Source: an uncultured Gammaproteobacteria bacterium
GTDB lineage: Bacteria; Cyanobacteriota; Vampirovibrionia; Gastranaerophilales; CAZEDP01
Direction: 5' to 3'
Assembly: GCA_964643065.1 (NCBI GenBank)
Contig: CAZXPD010000005.1
Location: 8-64,007 of the forward strand
DNA: 64,000 bases
Shown: positions 40,101 to 50,243 of the stretch, piece by piece
Numbering within the stretch: the stretch's first letter is position 1
Layout: each line of letters opens with the position of its first letter
Program-made: the position numbers and the translations under genes
The notes under the pieces: generated by a model
Database searches by the model: none
The model's input: only the letters and a program-made list of their open reading frames with translations
What the model was told of the DNA's origin: nothing

Positions 40101-40865
40101 CTATTCATTAAGGAAAGGTTTTTCAAAAAGATACTTTATCGGTTTGCTTCTGCTGTTAGGCACTTCTCTAAAACCGGCTTCTTGCAAACTGTCCATAATA
40201 TGAAGGCTTCCGTTTACGTTTTTGTTATATTCCAGTTCACCAACCACGAGGATACTTCCGGGCTGAAAATTATTATATAGGTCAAGAGCCAGTTCGCGAA
40301 CCTTATTTGGAGTTTTTAAATCTACCCATGCATTTCTGAAAAATAAAACAACCGGCTTTTTAAATTCTTTTTGAGCATCAACGGTTATATCCCCTTTTTC
40401 GAAAACAACTTTATTCCTGATTTTTTCTGATACCGCATAAGTGTTGTTTTTCTTATGTATGAAATAATCATCGAAAACCAGGTTTTTCAAAAGATTTCCA
40501 AATAGTCTTTTTTCATCTCCTTCAATTGTTAAAACACCGTAATCTGCAGCCTTAAGCATTTTTGAGGAAATATCTTTTGCTTTAATTTCAAAATATTTTT
40601 CGGCTCTTTTTTCTCCGAAAAAGTTGATAATTAAAAGAGCTATGCTGTATGGTTCAGAACCGTTTGAGCACCCGTAAGAGATTATTTCAGCGCCGTTTGG
40701 AAATCTTTTTGAAAGAATTTGGGGCAGTTCAACCGGCATTTCCCTCAAAATTGAAGTTGCATTATCGTGCATGACATGATCACTGCTTCTGCTTCTTTTA
40801 TAAGTTCGTTCAAAATTAGGGCTGAAAGCATGGGTTTTATATGTGTTTAATCCGCAAATTTGCAA
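40101..40865 (-). CDS. orphan CheR-like SAM-dependent methyltransferase
   Basis: SYGCSNGSEPYSIA, AKDIS, KVVFEKGDI, LFFRNAW, PGSILVVGE. CheR N-domain absent. Confidence 0.75.
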   Translation of the reverse strand: MQICGLNTYKTHAFSPNFERTYKRSRSSDHVMHDNATSILREMPVELPQILSKRFPNGAEIISYGCSNGSEPYSIALLIINFFGEKRAEKYFEIKAKDISSKMLKAADYGVLTIEGDEKRLFGNLLKNLVFDDYFIHKKNNTYAVSEKIRNKVVFEKGDITVDAQKEFKKPVVLFFRNAWVDLKTPNKVRELALDLYNNFQPGSILVVGELEYNKNVNGSLHIMDSLQEAGFREVPNSRSKPIKYLFEKPFLNE

Positions 40866-40987
40866 AATTCTCGAACCTTATTTCTATACATGGTTTAAAA
40901 AAAGAAACAAATTTTGTTGTTAGAAAAGAAAGGTTCAGGCACAAATTTTTTACAAAAATTAATGTTTTTAAACTGCCCTGCCGGAGT

Positions 40988-41383
40988 TCAAAGCTTGAAG
41001 GGGTAAGGCAAAAGTTCGGTTATGCTTTTTGCCGTGGGCTCACCGTTTTCATCTTCGAAAATAACAACCGCCGAATCTGAAAATTCATATATCCATTGCC
41101 TGCAAGCTCCGCAGGGATAGCAGAGTTTTGAGTTAGGACTGAAAACGGCTACTGCCAAGAGTCCGTTCTTTTTGCCTGCTGCTATGGCAGTGGATAAAGC
41201 GTTTCTTTCAGCGCAGATTGTTAAGCCGTAACTTGCATTTTCAACATTGCATCCGCAGAAAGTGCTGCCGTCATCAAACAAAATACAAGCTCCTACTTTA
41301 AAATTAGAATAGGGAGCATAGGCATTTTCGGCGGCTTTAGACGCCGACTCTATCAGCTGTTTGCAGTTTATTTCTTTCATCAT
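40988..41383 (-). CDS. cdd: cytidine deaminase
   Basis: [34 protein letters not shown]. Confidence 0.96.
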   Translation of the reverse strand: MMKEINCKQLIESASKAAENAYAPYSNFKVGACILFDDGSTFCGCNVENASYGLTICAERNALSTAIAAGKKNGLLAVAVFSPNSKLCYPCGACRQWIYEFSDSAVVIFEDENGEPTAKSITELLPYPFKL

Positions 41384-42986
41384 TTATTTCATTTTCCAAA
41401 GATGCTTTTACTAAGCCGTAGAAAAGAGGATGCGGATTTTCCGGTCTTGATTTAAATTCCGGATGGAACTGGGATGCCACAAACCATTTTTTATCCGGCA
41501 GTTCAATAATTTCAACAAGTTTGCCGTCGGGTGAAATCCCGGAAAATACAAGTCCGGCTTTATTAAGCCTTTCTCTGTATGAATTGTTAACTTCGTATCT
41601 GTGTCTGTGCCTTTCGGAGATAACATTTTTACCGTAAGCTCTTTGTGCTGCGGAATTCGGAATTAAATGACACTCATAAGCCCCAAGTCTCATTGTGCCC
41701 CCATATTCTGTAAAGCCCTCCTGATCCGGCATTAAATCTATTACCGGGTGAGGAGTTTCCGGCGCAAATTCCGAGCTGTTCGCATCTTTAAGTCCTGTTG
41801 CGTTTCTTGCAAACTCAATAACCGCGCACTGCATGCCCAAACAAAGCCCCAAAAACGGAATGTTATTTTCCCTTGCATATTTTATTACGTTAACTTTGCC
41901 TTCAATACCGCGGTATCCGAAGCCCCCCGGTATTACTATTCCCTGAACATCTGACAGAAGCTCTTTTGCCTTTTCGTTATCAATGCAGTCTTCCGAGGAA
42001 ATCCACTTTAATTCAATGGCGGTTCCTAAAGCGGCGCCGGCATGTTTTAATGCTTCAGCAACAGATATATAGGCATCCGACAGTTTTGTATATTTTCCGG
42101 CTATGGCTATTTTAACGCTTTTAGAAGGATTCTTGATTTTTTCAAGAAGCAGATTCCATGAATCTAAATTTGGCTGTGTATCTTCCATATTTAATCTTTT
42201 CAAAACTTCATGGGCTAAACCTTCATTTTCAAGAGCAATAGGAACTTCATAAATGGACTTTAAGTCCTTGCATTCAATTACCGCTTCCTGCGGAACACTT
42301 GTAAACAGCGCCAATTTCTTTCTTTCAGTTTTCGGTATACTTTTCTGACTTCTGCAAACCAGAATATCCGGCTGAATACCTATACTGCGCAGGGTAATAA
42401 CACTGTGCTGAGAAGGTTTAGTTTTTAATTCGCCTGCTGCATTGAGATAAGGCACGAGAGTAACATGAATGAATAACGCATTTCCATAACCTACATCGGT
42501 TTTAAATTGCCGAATAGCTTCCAAGAACGGCAAGCCTTCAATATCGCCGACAGTGCCGCCGATTTCGGCAATCAGGAAATCCGGTCTGGTCTTTGAGGCT
42601 TCTTTAATCCGGCTTTTAATTTCGTTTGTTACATGCGGAATGGTTTGAACCGTTGCACCGAGATAATCCCCGCGTCTTTCTTTTGTTATTACGTTTAAAT
42701 AAATGCTGCCTGCGGTTACATTATTTATTTTACCCAGATTTGTGTTGGTAAATCTTTCATAGTGCCCTAAATCCAGGTCTGTTTCGGCACCGTCATCCGT
42801 TACAAAAACTTCTCCGTGCTGAAAAGGGCTCATTGTCCCGGGGTCAACGTTTATGTAAGGGTCAAATTTTTGTATCGCAACGCTGTAGCCTCTTGCTCTG
42901 AGCAATTTTCCCAACGATGCCGCTACTATACCCTTGCCAAGCGAACTAACAACTCCACCCGTTACAAAAATGTATTTAGTTGCCAT
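41337..42986 (-). CDS. pyrG: CTP synthase
   Basis: [42 protein letters not shown]. Confidence 0.99.
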   Translation of the reverse strand: MATKYIFVTGGVVSSLGKGIVAASLGKLLRARGYSVAIQKFDPYINVDPGTMSPFQHGEVFVTDDGAETDLDLGHYERFTNTNLGKINNVTAGSIYLNVITKERRGDYLGATVQTIPHVTNEIKSRIKEASKTRPDFLIAEIGGTVGDIEGLPFLEAIRQFKTDVGYGNALFIHVTLVPYLNAAGELKTKPSQHSVITLRSIGIQPDILVCRSQKSIPKTERKKLALFTSVPQEAVIECKDLKSIYEVPIALENEGLAHEVLKRLNMEDTQPNLDSWNLLLEKIKNPSKSVKIAIAGKYTKLSDAYISVAEALKHAGAALGTAIELKWISSEDCIDNEKAKELLSDVQGIVIPGGFGYRGIEGKVNVIKYARENNIPFLGLCLGMQCAVIEFARNATGLKDANSSEFAPETPHPVIDLMPDQEGFTEYGGTMRLGAYECHLIPNSAAQRAYGKNVISERHRHRYEVNNSYRERLNKAGLVFSGISPDGKLVEIIELPDKKWFVASQFHPEFKSRPENPHPLFYGLVKASLENEINDERNKLQTADRVGV

Positions 42987-43014
42987 AGTATATTCCCTGC
43001 TAATTTACTTTTTA

Positions 43015-43302
43015 TTAATCTTCAGTGATTTTGGGTACTCTAAAATACCCGTTTTCTTCCTGAGGAGCATTGTTTAGAATTTCTTCACGCAAGTTTGCGT
43101 CAACGGCAATGTCTTCGCGCATTACGTTAACTATCGGCACCGAATGTGCCATAGGCTCAATCCCCTCTGTGTTAACTTCGTTCAATTGATTAAAGTAGCC
43201 GATTATCTTGTTTAGCTGTTCCAAAAATTGAGTCTTTTCATCTTCAGTCAGTTCTAATCTGGCTAATTTTGCTACATGCTCCACTTCTTTAATCGTAATC
43301 AA
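43015..43302 (-). CDS. gatC: Asp/Glu-tRNA amidotransferase subunit C
   Basis: EVEHVAKLARL, VNTEGIEP, MREDIA, YFRVPKI. Confidence 0.93.
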   Translation of the reverse strand: MITIKEVEHVAKLARLELTEDEKTQFLEQLNKIIGYFNQLNEVNTEGIEPMAHSVPIVNVMREDIAVDANLREEILNNAPQEENGYFRVPKITED

Positions 43303-43382
43303 ATTCTTGACTCCGCATACAAAAAATAACCATAAAATATTTTTGCATGAGAGAGGGTTAATTACCAGCGTTGATTTTTATT

Positions 43383-44867
43383 TCAAATTAATGTTTCAGC
43401 AATCTCTAGATTATAGTCATTTAAAACTTCTTGTGTTGAAATTACCGATAAACAGGGGAAAATTTCTTCAAAAAGTAAAAAAAGATTAAGCCGTATTTCA
43501 GGTTGAGCGATGATTACCGGATATTTGTTCTCAAGATTGGAATTTTTAATAAAATCGGATACTTTTTTAAGAACCTGCTTTAATTTTGGAGATTTTAATT
43601 TTTTTTGAATTGTTTCTTCCGGTAATTTAAAAAGCTTTTTCATAAATAAAGCAAATTCTTTATTTATGTCAATTGCTGTAATATTGCCGTTTTCATCACT
43701 TATATTGTCACAAATTTGTCTCGAGAGTTTTTTGCGGATAATTTCAAGGATTTCCTCGTTACTTTCAGCTTCCGGCGCAATGTCGTTGAGCTTTTCGAAA
43801 ATGTAAATTATATCTTTAACGGAAACTCTCTCTCTTATTAGTGAAGCAAGAATAAACCTGATATCTCCGACCGATAAATTATCGGGAATGAGGTTTTCAA
43901 TGAGATAAAGATTTTGTGTACCCACTATTTCGACATATCTGCTGATATCCGTGTAATCCATAATTTCATCAGCGTACTTTAAAACGATAAACTCTAAATT
44001 CCGTGTAATAACCTGAGCAGGATCCAGGCCCTTTTCCCAATAGTTTTTGGTTTTTGATTCTTCTATCCAGAACACTTTTTTTAAACTGATTAAATCAAGG
44101 TCTTCAATCGAATCTTTAGGTTTTTTTGTTATATTTGACTGACCTTCGTAGTATCTTAAATAGTTGGGATAAACAATTCCCGAATAAACCTTTACGCCTC
44201 GTACATCAATCCTGTATTCATTTGCGTTTAAGGTTTCAGAATTGGTAAATTTAATGGCGGGAATCACATAACCGAGTTCATCGGTAAGTTTTTGTCTTAA
44301 TTTCACCGTTTCGGTTATAAGCGGAGCGCCCTTTTTATTTTCTAGAAGCGAAATGAGCTCATCGCTTAGAACTATGGTAAGCCTTTCCTGATTAACTCTT
44401 TCGTACATTTTCTCAGGATTCAGCACGTCTGCCAGTTGACTTTTGAGGTTCTTAAGCTCATTAAGTTTTTTTGTTATCTCTTTGTTGAGCTTTTCATGTT
44501 CGACATCGCTGCTCACTGAATCGAGAAGGTTTTTGACTTTATCTGTTTCTTTCTGTTTAGAATCAATTTTTTCCAATAACTCTTTTGCCAGAGTATATGG
44601 TTCATCCTGCGGGTTAAACATTTTTTCCAGTCTGGATTTAAAATCCGGGACATCGACCATTTCGTCCGATTCAAGTCCTGTTTCGATTTCAGTTTCTCTG
44701 GTAAATATACAATTATATTGAATAGAGCCCTTCTTAGATTCTGCTTCATGAAGCATATAAAGCTCCCAGCCTTCTTCTGCCATTGAATTAAGCAAGGCTT
44801 CAAGCGTATCAGGTTCATTAACCGGGCATGTTTTGACACTGTATTCGTTGCGGGTATCTTTAATCAT
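43383..44867 (-). CDS. soluble FHIPEP protein: DUF4177-like N-domain + coiled coil + FlhA/SctV C-terminal domain, no TM region
   Basis: LEALLNSMAEEGWEL (DUF4177-like). LRQKLTDELGYVIPAIKF...NEYRIDVRG and DPAQVIT...LSVGDIRFILASLIRERVSVKDIIYIFE match FlhA-C patterns. Confidence 0.8.
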   Translation of the reverse strand: MIKDTRNEYSVKTCPVNEPDTLEALLNSMAEEGWELYMLHEAESKKGSIQYNCIFTRETEIETGLESDEMVDVPDFKSRLEKMFNPQDEPYTLAKELLEKIDSKQKETDKVKNLLDSVSSDVEHEKLNKEITKKLNELKNLKSQLADVLNPEKMYERVNQERLTIVLSDELISLLENKKGAPLITETVKLRQKLTDELGYVIPAIKFTNSETLNANEYRIDVRGVKVYSGIVYPNYLRYYEGQSNITKKPKDSIEDLDLISLKKVFWIEESKTKNYWEKGLDPAQVITRNLEFIVLKYADEIMDYTDISRYVEIVGTQNLYLIENLIPDNLSVGDIRFILASLIRERVSVKDIIYIFEKLNDIAPEAESNEEILEIIRKKLSRQICDNISDENGNITAIDINKEFALFMKKLFKLPEETIQKKLKSPKLKQVLKKVSDFIKNSNLENKYPVIIAQPEIRLNLFLLFEEIFPCLSVISTQEVLNDYNLEIAETLI

Positions 44868-44916
44868 TTAAAAGACTTTGTTGAATTTTAATTATTATAG
44901 CAGGAATTAGGGGTAA

Positions 44917-45900
44917 TTAATCAGCTCTTACAACTTTAAATCTTCTGCCGAGAGAAGGCAAAGTTATCACCCGCATAATTTTAATATAAATATTGCGCCT
45001 GATTTTGCCCCAAAATACCGATAAGCCGGTTGCAGCACCTTCTTTAACGGCTTTTTCGATGAATTCATATTCACTCATTGTCTGTTTATTTACCGTACAC
45101 CAATAATACTCGTTTATTAGCCATTTATAGCTTCTTGCAGTGAAAACTCTGCCGTTTTTCGTAAAAATACTGTCTCCCAAAATTTTGTGAAATGTTTTAT
45201 TCAAAGCAATAATTTGTTCTATAAAAGGACCCGACGTATTATCGCTGCTGTCCTGCCCTTCGTGAATTCCGCATTTTATGTATTTGTCTTTCATTACAAT
45301 AGAAGGACCAAAATATGCGGCATCCATCAAAAACGGTTTGTCCGCAATCTTACCGTAAATTGAGCATTTTGTTTTAATTTTTTTGAAAACTTCAGTTCTA
45401 TATATCGTTGAACAGTAGTCAAAACCTTTTCCGCAGTATAAATAAGCGGCAAAATCTTCAAGATTTTTACAGTAGCTTCCCGCTGCTCTGACTTTTTGCC
45501 AATTTTCATTAGAAGGCGGCTGTTCCTTAGCATTAAGTGTAGCGGCTATAAGTGAAATATCAGGGTATTTATTTATTAGTTTCAATGCATTTTCTATATA
45601 CTTCGGGTGCATCAAATCATCGTCATGAAAGACCATTGCCCATTTTTTTGAAGCCAGTTCCTGTGCTCTGTTGAAGTTACCTTCATGTCCGAGATTTTCA
45701 CTGCTTGGAATAAATTCAACCCCGTATTTTTCAAACTCCTTAACAATTTGTGTCGTATTATCAGTGCTTGCGTTATCAAGCACCGCAATTCTAAAGCCTT
45801 TTGCAGTCTGATTTACTATGCTGATTAAGGTTTCCTTTAGCAATTCAGCCCTGTTGTATGTGGTAACAAATATTTCAATATCTTCAGGCTTGTATTTCAT
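44917..45900 (-). CDS. GT2 family glycosyltransferase
   Basis: FVTTYNRA, VLDNASTD, NLGHEGNF, VFHDDD. Confidence 0.9.
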   Translation of the reverse strand: MKYKPEDIEIFVTTYNRAELLKETLISIVNQTAKGFRIAVLDNASTDNTTQIVKEFEKYGVEFIPSSENLGHEGNFNRAQELASKKWAMVFHDDDLMHPKYIENALKLINKYPDISLIAATLNAKEQPPSNENWQKVRAAGSYCKNLEDFAAYLYCGKGFDYCSTIYRTEVFKKIKTKCSIYGKIADKPFLMDAAYFGPSIVMKDKYIKCGIHEGQDSSDNTSGPFIEQIIALNKTFHKILGDSIFTKNGRVFTARSYKWLINEYYWCTVNKQTMSEYEFIEKAVKEGAATGLSVFWGKIRRNIYIKIMRVITLPSLGRRFKVVRAD

Positions 45901-47011
45901 TTAATTCTCTCCGTGCAATATCTTCAACACGCTTTGCAAATCCCTGAAAACTGTGCAGTTTCCCATTATTGCTGTTTAAAAAATCTCTTCCCGCCGAAAT
46001 TATTTTTAATGACTCATCTTCAGATAACGACTGCAAAAATTTATTTAATTCGCTGAAATTTTTAAAATCTCGCATGTCGATAAAAGTTTCTTCAGGTATA
46101 AATTTTTCTATATCTTCTGCACCCAAGTATATCGGAATAGTGCCCGCACAGAAACAGTCAATTATTTTTTCTGTAAAATACCCGGGATATGACGTGTTTT
46201 CAAAGCATATCGCAAATTTATAATCCGACATTGTTTTGATTTTGTCTTCACAAGTCTGAGGGTTAAGTTCTTTCAGAATTCCTCTAAGCCTGAAATGCCA
46301 TATTAAAGGGAGTCTGTTGAGTTTACCCCACCCTTCTCCGAATATATCAAGACTTTTGCGTTTTGCGAAATACTCAATTGCTTGGAGCCGTTTTGTCTGA
46401 AATTGGTTTTTGAGAGCATCAGAGAAACTTTTTGACGTTAACTGCATTAATCTTTTGAGGTATTTGTCTTTTTTAAATCCCAGATAAAAAACTCTTCTTT
46501 TTACGAATTTGTTTGAAGCTACAAGAACCGCAAATTTTCTTTCATTCCAGGGTTTTACGAGGTTGATGATATCGCCCTGCTCAAAATTAGGAAAGCGCAT
46601 TATATAATTAGTGCCGGTTTTCAATTTTGCATTATCAAAAGAGCCCGCAAACAAAAGGCGGTTAGGATAAATTTCTGCCAGTTCGGGAATTTTGTCATAA
46701 AAACGCCACGCATAAAGAGGCGATTCAAAGCATGTCAGAAGCAAAGCCTTTGCGCCTGCTTTTAATAGCTCATCGGAATGTAAGTTTTCGAGTTCCTGAA
46801 TAACATAAACATCTTCAGGTTTATATCTGCCGTCTTTAACTCCCTCAAGAGCCAAATCGCCGGTCATAACCTCAATGTTTTCTTTTGCCAGAGACTCTTT
46901 CAGATAATAACACCAAAGAGCCCCCGGAAAGTTTTTGGCATAGTCTTTATCAAAGATTTTGTTGCCGTTAAGCTTGTCGATATTTGTACATAGTGCGATG
47001 ATTTTTGACAA
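45884..47011 (-). CDS. GT10 (alpha-1,3-fucosyltransferase-like) glycosyltransferase
   Basis: YKFAICFENTSYPGYFTEKIIDCFCAGTIPIYLGA. GAGG SD favours TTG 47011 over 47083. Confidence 0.85.
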   Translation of the reverse strand: MSKIIALCTNIDKLNGNKIFDKDYAKNFPGALWCYYLKESLAKENIEVMTGDLALEGVKDGRYKPEDVYVIQELENLHSDELLKAGAKALLLTCFESPLYAWRFYDKIPELAEIYPNRLLFAGSFDNAKLKTGTNYIMRFPNFEQGDIINLVKPWNERKFAVLVASNKFVKRRVFYLGFKKDKYLKRLMQLTSKSFSDALKNQFQTKRLQAIEYFAKRKSLDIFGEGWGKLNRLPLIWHFRLRGILKELNPQTCEDKIKTMSDYKFAICFENTSYPGYFTEKIIDCFCAGTIPIYLGAEDIEKFIPEETFIDMRDFKNFSELNKFLQSLSEDESLKIISAGRDFLNSNNGKLHSFQGFAKRVEDIARRELNEIQA

Positions 47012-47139
47012 TTTGCAGCCTCTTCTTAATCTGCATGAGTCAAAGATATTACAAAATAATAAAAAATGTTTAAAAATTGGCAATTTTTAAACGCCTTTTG
47101 TTTTTATAATTTCAGTTAAAAAATTGGCATTTAAAATAT

Positions 47140-48417
47140 ATGAATATAGCCGGTTCAAATCCTTTTAAATCTTTTAATACGCTCAAAAAACATCCTCGGC
47201 AAAATGTCGGCAATGATAAACAAATATGCCGAAACAATAAAGATTCTTTTGAAAGAGTCAGCTTTAAAAATTTTCCGGTAGGAGCTGAGGGTTTTCTCTC
47301 AGCAAGCGTGTTAAAGGGTACCGGAAGAATTAACCCTGCTGATGTTGCCAGATTAAGCGAACTTATCGGGGAGGAAATGTCAGGTCTGATACAGAGAGCT
47401 ATTCAAAGTAATATTCCTTTAGACCCAACTCAACTTGAAATGATAAGCTCAATAGCTAATTTGAAGAAAGTGCTTGAAGAGCTCCAGTCAAAAGTGCCCT
47501 GCGGAGAGTATAGAGTTGAAAAAGACAAGCTTATTGTAACCTATTTTAAACCTGATTCCGCTACAAATAAGATAGTGCCTAAGACAACAGAAATTTGTAT
47601 CCAAAATCCCAGAGCAAAGAAACCGGTTAAAGTATTCGGACCAAACACCGATGCTCTGCAGTTTAAGGAACAGGCGTTTTCAGTCAAGCCTTATGTTACG
47701 GTAGGACCTGTGGGATGGACAAAACTAAAACCGGCTATTGTTGAAGCAAACGGATTTGATTTGTCATACTGGGGAGATGAAAAAGCGAAGGTAACGGCAT
47801 TGGCAAAAGCTTATGCAAAAGGCACCATGAAGTTGTTTACACCTGTTTATGATTATTTGCTGAAGGCGGACTGTAAACGTGAAAGAATAGCGTTTGTTAC
47901 AAGTGCCACGAATGAAGGTGTTGACGAAATATTTATGACCCTTTCAAAAAAACGAAAGGTTCCTACGGCAACCATAATCCCTTATCAATATGCAAGTTAT
48001 ATGGATAAAAACCACAGATTTCCACTTCTGATAACAAATAACATCCCCCGTTACGGAGATGCATTTTCTGATATTGCCGATATAACGCTTATAACCGGCG
48101 GAAGAGATCACGTTTGGCACGTTGATTTAAAAGATCAGCTTGTTGATAACAAAAAATGGGCTATTCCGGTGGATGTCCTGAAAGAATATCTGGGAATAGA
48201 AATCCCCGCGACAAACAGTCAGGGCGATTTGGAAAATTCCGCAAGACTTCTTTTGGATAGAGGATTTACTCCACCGTACAATCTTGATAAATTGTTTGGT
48301 GAACTTCCGGAAAATGAACTTAAATCAAAATTGACAACGGATTCCCAAAAGCTCTTAGCTGTTCAGATGTACAAAAAATACATTGCCGGTGAAAGAGCGG
48401 CCAGGATTGTTGCCTGA
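47140..48417 (+). CDS. hypothetical protein with leader (..DSFERVSFKN) and possible SLOG-like C-terminal domain
   Basis: TVGPVG...VTSATNEGVD...TIIP...ADITLITGG...WAIPVD echoes SLOG/LOG motifs. Family call tentative. Confidence 0.6.
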   Translation: MNIAGSNPFKSFNTLKKHPRQNVGNDKQICRNNKDSFERVSFKNFPVGAEGFLSASVLKGTGRINPADVARLSELIGEEMSGLIQRAIQSNIPLDPTQLEMISSIANLKKVLEELQSKVPCGEYRVEKDKLIVTYFKPDSATNKIVPKTTEICIQNPRAKKPVKVFGPNTDALQFKEQAFSVKPYVTVGPVGWTKLKPAIVEANGFDLSYWGDEKAKVTALAKAYAKGTMKLFTPVYDYLLKADCKRERIAFVTSATNEGVDEIFMTLSKKRKVPTATIIPYQYASYMDKNHRFPLLITNNIPRYGDAFSDIADITLITGGRDHVWHVDLKDQLVDNKKWAIPVDVLKEYLGIEIPATNSQGDLENSARLLLDRGFTPPYNLDKLFGELPENELKSKLTTDSQKLLAVQMYKKYIAGERAARIVA

Positions 48418-48439
48418 TGTAAATTAAATCAGCACAAGC

Positions 48440-50230
48440 CTAAATGTTGCAAATATTTCCTTTAAACTCTTCCCTGCTTAAAAAAGGAAACATGTCTTCA
48501 AGGGGCTTTGAGATGATTTTCCCGTCGGGAAGCTTCTCTGACGACAATTTCGGGCTGAAAGTATAATCGGTCTCAAGCATTACTTCGCAGACAACAGGTC
48601 CTTTTGTTGTCAGTACTTTTTCGATGTTTTCTTTCAGGTTTTTACTGCTTTCGATTTTTATTGAAGGCAAGTCGAAAGCCTTGGCAACCTTGACAAAATC
48701 AGGAATGCTGACGCCTGATTCTTTGCCCGAAGCAACGTATCTGCCTTCAAAAAACGCATCCTGAGTTTGTTTTATGGAAATATAACCCTCGTTATTTAAA
48801 ATGAAAAGTTTGATAGGAAGCTTGTAATGACGAACTGTTTGAAGCTCCTGAAGGTTCATCATAAGACTTCCGTCACCCGCAATGCAGACAACGTCTTTTT
48901 CTTGGTTTGCAAAACAGGCTCCTATTGCGGCAGGCAAATCATATCCCATAGACGCGCAGCCCGAGTTCCAAAAAATCCTCTGCCCCTTTTTAACCTTTCC
49001 GGCCTGAAAAAGACAGACACATGCCGTTCCGTTGCCCGCAACGGCAACATCTTTTTCTTTCATGCAGGAGGTTAAAACCTCGATAAAGTAATAAGGATTT
49101 ATCAGTCCTTCTTTTTTTCTGTATTCGGGAAGGACAACAGGGTATCGTTTTTTTCTTTCAATGCACCACTCAAGCCACGAATTGTATGAGGATAATTTGT
49201 CTTTTTTGAGGAGGGCTTTTAGCTCGTATAAAAAATCTTTTACATCAGCATTTATGGCGATATCGGGCTTTACGGTTGGCTTTTTAAGCTCGGCTTCGTC
49301 AATATCAACAATTATTTTTTTACCTTTTCTGACAAAGAACTCACTGTTGTAGCTGACCTGCCTTATGTTATTTCGTGTACCCACAAACAAAACAACATCA
49401 GCGTTTTGTAGAGCAAAATTCCCGGCTCTGTCTCCTACGGTTCCAATTCTGCCGACAAATAACGGACTATCGGATTCTATTAAATCAAACCCGTTAAAAG
49501 TTGAAACAACAGGAATTTGAAGTTTTTGAATCAGCTCTAAAAATAACTCTTGAGCTTTTCCGAGCCTTACGCCATGCCCTGCAACAATTAGAGGTCTTTT
49601 GGCATCTTTGAGCAGTTTATATGTTTCCCGAACTTTTTCTTTCAGGGAACTCTTATTATTCTCTTTATCAGGTTTAAACCCTTCAAGACTTTCTTCATCA
49701 ACAAAAGCCCCCTGAATATCTATCGGAACGTCAATCCAGACCGGACCGTGTCTCTTGTCGGTCATCAAAAAAAGAGCCTTATCCATTATGAATTTTATAT
49801 CTTCAGGCTTTTCAACAGTTACGGCATACTTTGTGAGAGGTTTTATAACAGTCGTTATATCGACTTCCTGATCGCCGAGCTGTCTTAATCCGATGTCGGG
49901 ATTAAATTTAACACAGGTTTGCCTTTTTACCTGTCCTGAAATGTATATCACAGGAACGCAATCCGTCCATTGTCCCATTAAACCCGTTAAGGTGTTTAAT
50001 CCTCCCGGACCCGTGGTTACTATAACAGCGGCGGGCTTGCCCGAAACTCTTGAATATCCCTCGGCGGCTATTGAGGAAGCCTGCTCATGATGGTTGCAAA
50101 TGTACTTAATGTCTTTACATTTGCCGACGGAGTCGTTTAAATGCATTGCCCCGCCGCCGGAAATCATAAAAACATGCTCAAACCCCTCTTTTACCAGTCT
50201 TTTTATAATATAGTCAGATACTTTTATCAT
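48440..50230 (-). CDS. ThDP-dependent acetolactate-synthase-like enzyme (polysaccharide-locus type)
   Basis: GGGAMHLND, HHEQA, TTGPGGLN, GDGSLMMNLQEL...LNNEGY. Confidence 0.9.
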   Translation of the reverse strand: MIKVSDYIIKRLVKEGFEHVFMISGGGAMHLNDSVGKCKDIKYICNHHEQASSIAAEGYSRVSGKPAAVIVTTGPGGLNTLTGLMGQWTDCVPVIYISGQVKRQTCVKFNPDIGLRQLGDQEVDITTVIKPLTKYAVTVEKPEDIKFIMDKALFLMTDKRHGPVWIDVPIDIQGAFVDEESLEGFKPDKENNKSSLKEKVRETYKLLKDAKRPLIVAGHGVRLGKAQELFLELIQKLQIPVVSTFNGFDLIESDSPLFVGRIGTVGDRAGNFALQNADVVLFVGTRNNIRQVSYNSEFFVRKGKKIIVDIDEAELKKPTVKPDIAINADVKDFLYELKALLKKDKLSSYNSWLEWCIERKKRYPVVLPEYRKKEGLINPYYFIEVLTSCMKEKDVAVAGNGTACVCLFQAGKVKKGQRIFWNSGCASMGYDLPAAIGACFANQEKDVVCIAGDGSLMMNLQELQTVRHYKLPIKLFILNNEGYISIKQTQDAFFEGRYVASGKESGVSIPDFVKVAKAFDLPSIKIESSKNLKENIEKVLTTKGPVVCEVMLETDYTFSPKLSSEKLPDGKIISKPLEDMFPFLSREEFKGNICNI

Positions 50231-50243
50231 AATAACTGCCTTT

